DNA from: an uncultured bacterium
GTDB taxonomy: Bacteria > SAR324 > NAC60-12
Assembly (NCBI GenBank): GCA_964010765.1
Contig: CAXGMD010000018.1
Coordinates: forward strand, 1-42,718
DNA length: 42,718 nt
Direction: 5' to 3'
The notes under the pieces were generated by a model. That model saw only the letters and a list, made by a program, of their open reading frames with translations. It was not told where the DNA came from and ran no database searches. A program made the translations under genes and the position numbers. Positions 1 to 8,279 of this stretch are shown here, in pieces. How positions within the stretch are numbered: position 1 is the first letter of the stretch; each line of letters opens with the position of its first letter.

Positions 1-1409
1 TAGATTAAATAAACGCCTGTATCCCCCTCCGAAACTAACCAGTCCTTCAGTGAAAACGTGATTTGCTTGTTCGGATCTTGGTTAAGCATTCCATATTTGA
101 TCGCTGCAACTGCCACCTTACGAGTTGTAGATTCGATTTCCTCATCAGACCAACTTTCTCGATGTGACTCAAGGTAGTTGTTTCGCACAAAATCACACAT
201 TTCCTGCTGTAGTTTCGAAAACAGGATGACGTTTCCGGCCCTAGAACTCATCTTGCCTTCGGGCAGTACTACTAAGGCATATGGCAGATGAAAACAACGG
301 CTAGCCTGTTCATATCCCATCTTCTTTAGTGCCGCAAACACCTGCTGAAAATGAAGAGTTTGTTCAGCACCAACTACATAGATCGAACGTTCTATCCCAA
401 ATTCTTCGAACTTCCGCTTGGCAAGTGCTAAATCTTTAGTTGAATAGAGCGTATTGCCATCAGATTTCAGCAGAAGGAAAAAACCCAGTTTTTCATCATT
501 TAAATCAACGCCTATCGCCCCATCTGATCTTTGAAAAAGGCCATCCTCGGCCCCTTGGATAACTAACTGTTTGCCCTCTTCATCAACTTCAGATTCATAA
601 AAGACATGATCGAACTCTGTTCCCAGCCATCTATAGATCTGATCAAAATCCTCCAAAGACCAATTTCTTGTCTCCTCCCAGATCTGAGTTATCTGAGGCT
701 CTTTCTCTTCTAACTTAGCGAGTAAAGAACTAATTTTCTTCTGAGTTTCTTCCTTCTCTGGTCCAGTTTGCCCTTCCAAGGCCAAGGTTGATGCAGTGTA
801 AAGTTCGCCCAGCCATTCCCCCTTACGGACAGATGGAGGAACTGCGTTATTTTTTTCTTGGTAGTACCAGAGGCATTTAGCGATGTGAGTTCCAACATCG
901 CCTATATAGTTTGCAGCAATTACTTGGTAGCCATTGTAGCGGAATAACCGAACCAGACTATCTCCAAGAGCAACATTTCTACAATGGCCGACATGAAAAC
1001 CCTTGTGGGTATTGGGCTGGGAAAACTCGATCATCACTCGAGTTTTCTGCTCTATGGAGTTCTTTGAAAACCAATTCCCTTTATGAACTTCAGGTAACAC
1101 CTGCTTAGCCATTTCGGATGAATTAACTTTCACATTCAGATAGGGTCCAAGCGAGGAAAAACTCTCAAAAAGGTTTGATTCAGTGAAATTTTCTTGAAGA
1201 GCGAGCATTAATTCATTGGCAATTTGCGCTGGGGCTTTTCTGAAAACTTTTGCAAGGGTAAAGCATGGGAAAGCGTAGTCACCCATGTCCTTCTGTGGGG
1301 GAGTCTCAATTAACCCAACCAGTGATTCCAAAGTACATTCATAATCGGGTTGAAGTTTAAGCAGGTTTTGGTGGATACCAACCCCAAGACTTCGTACAAA
1401 AATATTCAT
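1..1409 (-). CDS. argS: Arginine--tRNA ligase (3' end runs off the window)
   Basis: Not in the ORF track. Manual translation from ATG at 1409 (MNIFVRSLGVG...) is open to the window edge and contains GDYAFPCF, IEFSQPNTHKGFHVGH (HIGH motif), LKSDGNTLYSTKDLA, YVVGAEQ and GKMSSRAG (KMSKS-like). Confidence 0.95.
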   Translation of the reverse strand, partial: MNIFVRSLGVGIHQNLLKLQPDYECTLESLVGLIETPPQKDMGDYAFPCFTLAKVFRKAPAQIANELMLALQENFTESNLFESFSSLGPYLNVKVNSSEMAKQVLPEVHKGNWFSKNSIEQKTRVMIEFSQPNTHKGFHVGHCRNVALGDSLVRLFRYNGYQVIAANYIGDVGTHIAKCLWYYQEKNNAVPPSVRKGEWLGELYTASTLALEGQTGPEKEETQKKISSLLAKLEEKEPQITQIWEETRNWSLEDFDQIYRWLGTEFDHVFYESEVDEEGKQLVIQGAEDGLFQRSDGAIGVDLNDEKLGFFLLLKSDGNTLYSTKDLALAKRKFEEFGIERSIYVVGAEQTLHFQQVFAALKKMGYEQASRCFHLPYALVVLPEGKMSSRAGNVILFSKLQQEMCDFVRNNYLESHRESWSDEEIESTTRKVAVAAIKYGMLNQDPNKQITFSLKDWLVSEGDTGVYLI

Positions 1410-1500
1410 GATGGATCGAAGTAGTATTCAGAAAAAAACAAAAATGATCCAAAAAATTGCAGGAAAAAGGCAAGTTTGATCAAGAAATGGAAAGGTAAGA

Positions 1501-1667
1501 AGGGGGGGCGGATTGCACACGTCCAAGAGGCACCCCTCCCCTTTTCCGAGGCAATCCGCTAAAGGTCGCCAACCATAGGGTTGGAGACCAGAGAGCAGGC
1601 CAATGTCCCGAGGAGCACCCCTCTCCTCAACTGGGCGACCCGCCCATAACCGCCCAGTTAGGCGGCT
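1501..1667 (-). ncRNA. Putative structured RNA (four hairpins, twin AGGGGUG loops); either a standalone sRNA or the argS leader
   Basis: GC-rich island in an AT-rich spacer. Hairpins at 1648-1667, 1593-1645, 1564-1589 and 1508-1559. Several G-U pairs form only on the minus strand. The loop is identical at 1616-1622 and 1531-1537. Confidence 0.7.
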
Positions 1668-1766
1668 TAATCAATACTGAAGTAATAAAATTTTTCCAGT
1701 GATACTTGACTTTCGTTGATAATAGCAAGCTAGTTAGCAGTAATTAAATTTGATCTTCTTTTGTCA

Positions 1767-1787
1767 CGCATAAATTGTTTATGTCAA
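1767..1787. promoter_or_regulatory. Palindrome CATAAA-N3-TTTATG overlapping a minus-strand TTGACA
   Basis: Palindrome at 1769-1783; TTGACA on the minus strand at 1787-1782. No convincing -10 at canonical spacing. Confidence 0.3.
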
Positions 1788-1948
1788 TACATTTTTTGAA
1801 GCTTTTCGGTATCCGCAGTGCTTCACATCCATTTTCTTACTTGCACAGAGACCTGCGTTTTTGAGAATTTTCAGTAAATTTATGCGAAATTTAAATTGGA
1901 TTCTTTTGGATAGCCTCAGAAGCTCAGCTACTTAATTGGGAGATTAAA

Positions 1949-2437
1949 ATGACTTTGGATAATTTCGAACCTGAACAACTTCCTGGTTTCCAATTTATTG
2001 ATCATGTGGCAATTGCAGTACTGCAAGGAACCTTGGATGCACAAGTGAATGCCTATCGAAGAATGGGATTTCGTGAATTACATAGAGAGGAGGTTCTAGG
2101 CAATGACCAAGTGAGGGAGGTCCTTCTGCAAATAGGTAAGAGCCAGAACCTGATTCAGTTGCTGGAGCCTCTGAATGATAGTTCACCAGTGCAGAAGATG
2201 ATTGATCGGCAAAATGGCAAAGGTGGCCTAGCCCATGTAGGACTGAGAGTCAAAAGTGCTCAAGAGGCTTATCAATATCTCTCTGAAAACGGATTTCGTT
2301 TGATTGATGCTGGTCCCCGGCCTGGGTCTAGAGGAACAACAATCTTTTTTGTACACCCAAAATCAAGAGATGATCACCCTTTCGGAGTCCTCTACGAAAT
2401 TGTCGAAGATCCGAATGACAAATTAAAAGAAGATTGA
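1949..2437 (+). CDS. mce: Methylmalonyl-CoA epimerase (VOC family)
   Basis: IDHVAIAV, IQLLEP, GGLAHVG, PRPGSRG..IFFVHPKS..GVLYEIVE match MCE metal-binding motifs. GGGAG RBS upstream. Confidence 0.85.
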   Translation: MTLDNFEPEQLPGFQFIDHVAIAVLQGTLDAQVNAYRRMGFRELHREEVLGNDQVREVLLQIGKSQNLIQLLEPLNDSSPVQKMIDRQNGKGGLAHVGLRVKSAQEAYQYLSENGFRLIDAGPRPGSRGTTIFFVHPKSRDDHPFGVLYEIVEDPNDKLKED

Positions 2438-2441
2438 ATTT

Positions 2442-3410
2442 ATGAGAATTCTCGTTGTAGGTGGAGCCGGTTATATTGGTAGTCACGTAACAAAATCTTT
2501 ATTGGAAGCTGGCCACCAGCCATTAGTTGTCGACAACCTGCAAACTGGCAAAGTAGAAAATCTATTGCCTGGAGTACCCTTCGTACATGCTGATTTGAGA
2601 ATTCCAGAAACTCTGCAGGGGATCCTGAATGGATGTGAGGGATTAGTACATCTTGCTGCATTGAAAGCAGCTGGAGACTCAATGAGTCAACCTGAAAAAT
2701 ACGCTCATCACAATATCTCAGGAACAATACAGCTTCTCAATGCAGCTACCGAATCAGGCGTTCGTTATGTTATTTTTTCCTCAACCGCCGCAGTTTATGG
2801 GGATCCTCAATACACTCCGATGGATGAAGAACATCCCACAAAACCCAGTAACTTTTATGGCTACACAAAACTGGCAATTGAAGAACTGTTGGGTTGGTAT
2901 GCTCATTTGAAAGGGATGAGGTTTGCTTCACTTCGCTATTTTAATGCTGCTGGCTACGATCTTGACGGAAAGATCAAGGGATTGGAAAGCGAACCAAATA
3001 ATTTATTGCCTATCGTGATGGAAGCTGTCATCGGCAAAAGACCATTCGTTGAAGTCTTTGGAACTGACTACAACACACCTGATGGCAGTTGTATTAGAGA
3101 TTACATTCACGTTAACGATTTGGCTGATGGGCACGTCAGGGCTCTGGAATATTTGACAAGAGAAACTGATAATCCCATTCTGAATCTTGGAACGTCAAAC
3201 GGGATGAGTGTGCTTGAAATTCTTGAGCACACCAAATACCTTTCTCATTCAAACTTTGATGTTAGGTTTGGTTCCAGAAGACTAGGAGATCCCGCAATCG
3301 TCCTCGCCAAGGCTGATAAGGCGAAATCTCTGCTGGGGTGGGAAGCTAAACGAAGTGACCCCAAAACTTTGATCAACTCAATGCTCAATGTTTACAGGGC
3401 TACTAACTAG
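2442..3410 (+). CDS. galE: UDP-glucose 4-epimerase
   Basis: GGAGYIGSH, FSSTAAVYG, YGYTK (YxxxK), LRYFNAAG, DGSCIRDYIHV. Confidence 0.95.
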   Translation: MRILVVGGAGYIGSHVTKSLLEAGHQPLVVDNLQTGKVENLLPGVPFVHADLRIPETLQGILNGCEGLVHLAALKAAGDSMSQPEKYAHHNISGTIQLLNAATESGVRYVIFSSTAAVYGDPQYTPMDEEHPTKPSNFYGYTKLAIEELLGWYAHLKGMRFASLRYFNAAGYDLDGKIKGLESEPNNLLPIVMEAVIGKRPFVEVFGTDYNTPDGSCIRDYIHVNDLADGHVRALEYLTRETDNPILNLGTSNGMSVLEILEHTKYLSHSNFDVRFGSRRLGDPAIVLAKADKAKSLLGWEAKRSDPKTLINSMLNVYRATN

Positions 3411-3427
3411 ATTTGTTGTAAGAAGAT

Positions 3428-3461
3428 GAAAATTCGAAAATAGTAAGAAATTCGAAATTTC
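3428..3461. promoter_or_regulatory. Operator-like repeats downstream of the S24 repressor
   Basis: GAAAATTCGAAAA and the palindrome GAAATT-CGA-AATTTC (3447-3461), resembling motifs upstream of the same gene. Confidence 0.35.
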
Positions 3462-3483
3462 AGTATTCGTTTTATAGAATATT

Positions 3484-4143
3484 TTAGAAAACTCTGCCAA
3501 ACCAGATAGCTTTACCAAGAATATCGAACGATTCACCACAATCACCAGAAAGAGTGATTGGAGGATAGTTGAGATTATCACTGATGATTTGAATCAAGCC
3601 CTTTGGTTGACGCTGTAGTCGTTTCACCATCAACATGTCATCCAAACGAATCACGTAAATCCCTTCACGAGCAAACACTGTCTGCTGTCGGTCGATCAGC
3701 AATAAGTCATTTTCCTCAAGGGTTGGTTCCATGCTATCTCCCTCCACTGAAACCAATACCATCTGATCCGCGGATCTCCCAAGTTGCTGCCTTAACCAAC
3801 GATCCTGAAAAGGCATTTGCTCCACAATCGTTTGATCCACAGTCCAACTTCCTCCTCCAGCGCTGACTTTGACGTCATACCTTGGAATGTGTACAACCTC
3901 AGTTCCAAAGTCTTTCTTTGTCGCATCCAAGTACATTTTTCCAATTCCTAGTAGTAACCAATCCAGACTGATAGAGTACTTCTCAGAAAGTTGAATTAGG
4001 TAAGGAATGGTTGGTAGAATTCTACCTTTGCAGACATCCGTTGCGAAGGATGGAGCCTTGCCAGTCTCTCTGGAAAACAAACTACGGTTACCGGCTGCCA
4101 CTTCTTCAATGACTTTTTGAAAACGAAATATTAAACCTTCCAT
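3484..4143 (-). CDS. XRE-HTH plus S24 peptidase repressor (phage CI / LexA-like)
   Basis: N-terminal HTH ending SLDWLLLGIGKM; Ala-Gly cleavage site in VSAGGG; catalytic Ser in GDSMEP and Lys in LMVKRL. GGAGGAG RBS. Confidence 0.92.
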   Translation of the reverse strand: MEGLIFRFQKVIEEVAAGNRSLFSRETGKAPSFATDVCKGRILPTIPYLIQLSEKYSISLDWLLLGIGKMYLDATKKDFGTEVVHIPRYDVKVSAGGGSWTVDQTIVEQMPFQDRWLRQQLGRSADQMVLVSVEGDSMEPTLEENDLLLIDRQQTVFAREGIYVIRLDDMLMVKRLQRQPKGLIQIISDNLNYPPITLSGDCGESFDILGKAIWFGRVF

Positions 4144-4203
4144 AACTCCTCCAATTTTGTTGAGAAAGAATCTGCATAATATGGAAAATTCATAAAATGA
4201 AAA

Positions 4204-4227
4204 GAAATTTTACGAAAATTTCGAAAT
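4204..4227. promoter_or_regulatory. Candidate operator in the divergent repressor/alkB promoter
   Basis: Perfect palindrome GAAATTTT-ACG-AAAATTTC (4204-4222) overlapping palindrome ATTTCGAAAT (4218-4227), directly at the alkB start. Confidence 0.5.
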
Positions 4228-4816
4228 GAATTTTGAAATCATTGACATACCAGATGGGGATTTGACCTTTTCAAGAACTTGGCGAGAATCCGAGTCAGTG
4301 GATTGGATGGAGCGCCTGAGAAAAGAAATTGAATGGGAGCAACATCGAATAAAAATTTTTGGACAATGGGTTGATTGTCCAAGATTATCAGCTTGGTATG
4401 GTGATCCAGGGGCTATGTACAGTTATTCAAGTCTAAGTTTGACTCCTAAGGCTTGGACACCCACATTGCTGGAAGTCCGTAATCAGTTAGCTGAAACGAT
4501 TGAGAGACCATTCAATAGCGTTTTGTTGAACTTATATAGGAATGGGAATGATAGCATGGGTTGGCACAGTGATGATGAATGGGAATTGGGCTTAAATCCT
4601 GTGATTGCATCAATCAGTCTTGGAGATTCCCGGATGATGAAATTTCGACATCGCTCTGATCCTGAAGTTTCCAAATTTGCACTTGAGCTCTCAACCGGAT
4701 CACTGCTGATCATGGCGGGAACTACGCAAAAATTTTGGCAACATGAAATTCCCAAGACGAAAAAATCAGTCGGTGAACGGTTGAATTTAACATTTCGGTT
4801 TGTTCAAGGCCGATAA
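4226..4816 (+). CDS. AlkB-family 2OG-Fe(II) dioxygenase (ALKBH2/3-like alkylation repair)
   Basis: PRLSAWYG, FNSVLLNLYRNGNDSMGWHSDDE (HxD), WQHEIPK, RLNLTFR. Confidence 0.92.
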   Translation: MNFEIIDIPDGDLTFSRTWRESESVDWMERLRKEIEWEQHRIKIFGQWVDCPRLSAWYGDPGAMYSYSSLSLTPKAWTPTLLEVRNQLAETIERPFNSVLLNLYRNGNDSMGWHSDDEWELGLNPVIASISLGDSRMMKFRHRSDPEVSKFALELSTGSLLIMAGTTQKFWQHEIPKTKKSVGERLNLTFRFVQGR

Positions 4817-4822
4817 ATCTTT

Positions 4823-5407
4823 TTGATTGGACTGATGCCTGGACTAAGTGATCCGCGACTAATTGAGCCTCAATGCACTGGTCTGCAACCCATTGAGATC
4901 CTCCATCAGAATCAATGGTTCTCTTTGAAGTCAAGAGGAGACTACTTTACGATTGAGCCAAGCTTTGGTGTGGTACTGATTCTTCCGGTTGTTGAGGGTC
5001 ACTCAATTGTGCTGGTTGAAGTGAAGCGGCCCGTTCTGAATGATATGCATTCCATGGAAATTCCAGCCGGCGGTCTTGAGAAAGGTGAATCTCCGCAGGA
5101 AGGAGCCCTGAGAGAATTATATGAGGAGACAGGAATTAAAATTTCTGCAGATCGGCTGAAACAGCAGAGTCCACTGGCTCTTTCACCAAGGGATCCATGC
5201 TTATCTTACATCTATGAAGCAGAAATAAGTATGGATGAATTTTTAGCGAGAGCCCAACACGATGAAGAAATTAGCCAAGTAAGGCTCATTAATTTTGATG
5301 AGGTTCAAAAACTGCTGGTTGGTGGTGACATATATTTGGCTGGGGTGGTGGGACTTTTAAGCCGCTTTTTGTTGAAAAATCGCTCTGCTCTAAACATTTC
5401 GACGTGA
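4823..5407 (+). CDS. Nudix hydrolase (NudF/ADP-ribose pyrophosphatase-like)
   Basis: Full Nudix box in EIPAGGLEKGESPQEGALRELYEETG. Start is TTG 4823 or ATG 4835. Confidence 0.85.
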   Translation: MIGLMPGLSDPRLIEPQCTGLQPIEILHQNQWFSLKSRGDYFTIEPSFGVVLILPVVEGHSIVLVEVKRPVLNDMHSMEIPAGGLEKGESPQEGALRELYEETGIKISADRLKQQSPLALSPRDPCLSYIYEAEISMDEFLARAQHDEEISQVRLINFDEVQKLLVGGDIYLAGVVGLLSRFLLKNRSALNIST

Positions 5408-5515
5408 ATAGTCTTTTGAGAATTTTGTATTTTCATTGCACCAATTCCCTGTTAGGCAAACTTTGAATTTCATCAATACCTTTACATCTTGAGTTCCAAA
5501 TCAAAGGTAATTCTC

Positions 5516-8242
5516 ATGGATAATTTTTCGTTTCTAGGCAACGGAGACATCGGCAATTTCGACCATCTATTTGAACAGTTCCGTCAGGATCCTGAATCCG
5601 TTGACGAAAGTTGGCGTAGGTTTTTTGAAGGTTTTGAGTTTTCAAAAGCAAATTACGACCAAGCAGGCATTGACGTATCAATACCTGAGGCTTTCCAGAA
5701 AGAAGTCAATGTACTCAACCTGATTGGAGCCTATCGTCAAAGAGGACATCTCTTCGCAAAGACAAATCCTATTCGGCCGAGGAGAATGCATGAACAACCA
5801 ATTCAGTTAGAAAACTTCAACCTCAACGAGGGGGATTTCGAAACCGTTTTCCAAGCTGGCACTAGGATTGGCTTAGGACCAACAACTTTGCGAGAAATTA
5901 TTGATTTTCTTGAAGAAACGTATTGTGGGTCAATCGGTGCTGAATACAAGTTTGTTCGCACCCCTCACGTAGTCGACTGGATTCAGTCTCGAGTTGAACA
6001 GAATCGGAATCACACCATCTTTAACAAGGAAGAGAAGCAACAAATCTATGAAAAGTTGATGAGGGCAGTCGATTTTGAAGCTTTTCTTCACACGAAGTTC
6101 GTAGGTCAAAAACGATTCTCGCTTGAAGGCGCAGAGGCGATCATTCCAGCTCTGGAAACACTAGTGGAGGAAGGTGCTGTTCTGGGTGTCAAAGAATTTG
6201 TCATCGGGATGGCCCATCGCGGACGCCTCAATGTGTTAGCAAATATTCTTAACAAGAGTTACGAGAATATTTTTGCTGAATTTGAAGGGAAATCTTTCGG
6301 AGATTCCCAATTTGAAGGAGATGTAAAATACCACATGGGTTATTCGAGCGACCGAATTGCCCATAATGGTGAAAAAGTCCACTTGAGTCTTGCTCCAAAT
6401 CCTTCCCACCTTGAAGCTGTCAATCCTGTTGTTGAGGGAATGGCTAGGGCTAAAATTGAAAAGCGCTACTCTGGAGATGAAAAGAAACTCGTCCCTATTC
6501 TGATTCACGGGGATGCATCCATTGCAGGGCAAGGGATCATTTATGAGGTTCTTCAAATGTCCCAGTTGGAAGGCTACAAGACAGGCGGAACCGTACATGT
6601 TGTACTTAACAATCAGGTAGGCTTTACGACCGACTATATTGAAAGTCGTTCCAGCACCTACTGTACTGATATTGCCAAAACAACTCTCTCACCGGTCTTC
6701 CATGTAAATGGAGATGATATTGAGGCTGTAGTCCATACAATCGAAATGGCATTGGAATTCCGCCAGCAGTTTCATCGGGATGTCTTTGTAGATATTCTTG
6801 CTTATCGCAAACACGGGCATAACGAAGGTGACGAACCACGCTTTACCCAACCTACTCTTTACAAGTTGATTGGTAAGCACCCGAACCCAAAGTTGATTTA
6901 TCGCAATCGGTTAATTGATGAAGGGTCTTTCAGCGGTGAAGAACTAGACGAGATTGATCGCAATTTCAGAGAACAAATGAACTCCTCGCTGGAGCTATCG
7001 CACCAGAGGGAGCAGCTAGAGCCCACCTCTTTCTTCGAAGGAGATTGGCAAGGGCTAAGATTGGCCCAACAGGAAGAACATCAGAAATCACCTGACACTG
7101 GTGTGGATCGTTCAAAACTCCAAGAACTAGCCAACAAGCTCACAACGCTCCCTGAGGATTGGAAGATTTTCCCGAAAATCAGAAATCTCTACAAAGATCG
7201 ATCAAAGATGGTCAACGAAAGAGAGATTCTCGATTGGGGCATGGGTGAACAACTAGCCTATGCTTCTCTACTTGACGAGGGAACTGGAATTAGAATCAGT
7301 GGTCAGGATGTTCGGCGTGGCACATTCTCACATAGACATGCGGTTGTGGTGGAAGAAGACGACACGAAGCATTTTCCACTCATGCACCTCAGTGATTCGC
7401 AAGGATTGCTGAGTATTTATAATTCGCATCTCTCAGAATATGGAGTCCTCGGCTTCGAGTATGGTTATGCCGTGTCATCACCGAAAGATCTGGTGATTTG
7501 GGAAGCTCAATTTGGTGATTTTGCGAATGGCGCTCAAATAATTATTGATCAATTTATTGCCTCTGCAGAAACAAAGTGGCAGCGGATGAATGGTTTGGTT
7601 CTCCAATTACCTCATGGATATGAGGGCCAAGGTCCAGAGCACTCATCAGCAAGAATTGAAAGATTCATGACCTTGTGTGCCGACAACAACATGTACATTC
7701 TGAACTGTACAACTCCGGCTAATCTATTTCATGCTCTTCGAAGACAGACAGCACGTCCATTTCGAAAACCCTTGGTGATTTTCACCCCAAAAAGCCTACT
7801 GCGGCATCCGAAGTGTGTCAGTTCTTTAAATGATTTTGGAATGGGCACCTATTTTAAAGAAGTAATTGATGATCATTATGCTGATCCGGCAAATGTCAAA
7901 AGAGTCCTGTTTTGTAACGGAAAAATTTACTACGACCTGTTAGAGAGGCAGCAACTTGAAGAGCGCAAAGATGTTGCTGTTGTGCGCCTAGAGCAGCTTT
8001 ATCCGATGGCAAAAGAACAGATCATGGAAATACGAAATCGTTATGTACAGGCGCAGGAGTGGTTTTGGGTTCAGGAAGAGCCTGAAAATATGGGTGCAGC
8101 AGGATTCATGATGAGGAAATTTCCTGATCTGGGAAGCCCCTTGAAGTTGGTCTCGCGTAAAGAGAGCAGTAGTCCTTCAACTGGATTTTCTGTGATGCAT
8201 AAAAAGCAACAAGAAGAACTGATTCATCGAGCGTTTGCTTAA
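5516..8242 (+). CDS. sucA: 2-oxoglutarate dehydrogenase E1
   Basis: GQKRFSLEG, GMAHRGRLNVL, GDVKYHMG, HGDAS (ThDP binding), WEAQFGDF, LPHGYEGQGPEHSSAR. ATG 5516 preferred over the track's TTG. Confidence 0.97.
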   Translation: MDNFSFLGNGDIGNFDHLFEQFRQDPESVDESWRRFFEGFEFSKANYDQAGIDVSIPEAFQKEVNVLNLIGAYRQRGHLFAKTNPIRPRRMHEQPIQLENFNLNEGDFETVFQAGTRIGLGPTTLREIIDFLEETYCGSIGAEYKFVRTPHVVDWIQSRVEQNRNHTIFNKEEKQQIYEKLMRAVDFEAFLHTKFVGQKRFSLEGAEAIIPALETLVEEGAVLGVKEFVIGMAHRGRLNVLANILNKSYENIFAEFEGKSFGDSQFEGDVKYHMGYSSDRIAHNGEKVHLSLAPNPSHLEAVNPVVEGMARAKIEKRYSGDEKKLVPILIHGDASIAGQGIIYEVLQMSQLEGYKTGGTVHVVLNNQVGFTTDYIESRSSTYCTDIAKTTLSPVFHVNGDDIEAVVHTIEMALEFRQQFHRDVFVDILAYRKHGHNEGDEPRFTQPTLYKLIGKHPNPKLIYRNRLIDEGSFSGEELDEIDRNFREQMNSSLELSHQREQLEPTSFFEGDWQGLRLAQQEEHQKSPDTGVDRSKLQELANKLTTLPEDWKIFPKIRNLYKDRSKMVNEREILDWGMGEQLAYASLLDEGTGIRISGQDVRRGTFSHRHAVVVEEDDTKHFPLMHLSDSQGLLSIYNSHLSEYGVLGFEYGYAVSSPKDLVIWEAQFGDFANGAQIIIDQFIASAETKWQRMNGLVLQLPHGYEGQGPEHSSARIERFMTLCADNNMYILNCTTPANLFHALRRQTARPFRKPLVIFTPKSLLRHPKCVSSLNDFGMGTYFKEVIDDHYADPANVKRVLFCNGKIYYDLLERQQLEERKDVAVVRLEQLYPMAKEQIMEIRNRYVQAQEWFWVQEEPENMGAAGFMMRKFPDLGSPLKLVSRKESSSPSTGFSVMHKKQQEELIHRAFA

Positions 8243-8279
8243 AATCCCGAAATTATAACTCTAAGCTCAGAGATAAAGT

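Noticed and set aside
710..1108. Track ORFs 710-898 and 911-1108
   Set aside because: They lie inside argS, which the track missed because it runs off the window.
1525..1628. CRISPR-like repeat, or a plus-strand C-rich-loop (6C/cuckoo-type) RNA
   Set aside because: Only two imperfect copies and no cas genes. The plus-strand fold has multiple A-C mismatches that are G-U pairs on the minus strand.
1501..1667. T-box riboswitch, suggested by the position upstream of an aminoacyl-tRNA synthetase
   Set aside because: No UGGNACC T-box, AGUA/GA motifs or specifier stem; AGGGGUGC only superficially resembles the T-box.
3484..4143. Prophage
   Set aside because: A CI-like repressor is present but there are no integrase, cro, replication or structural genes.
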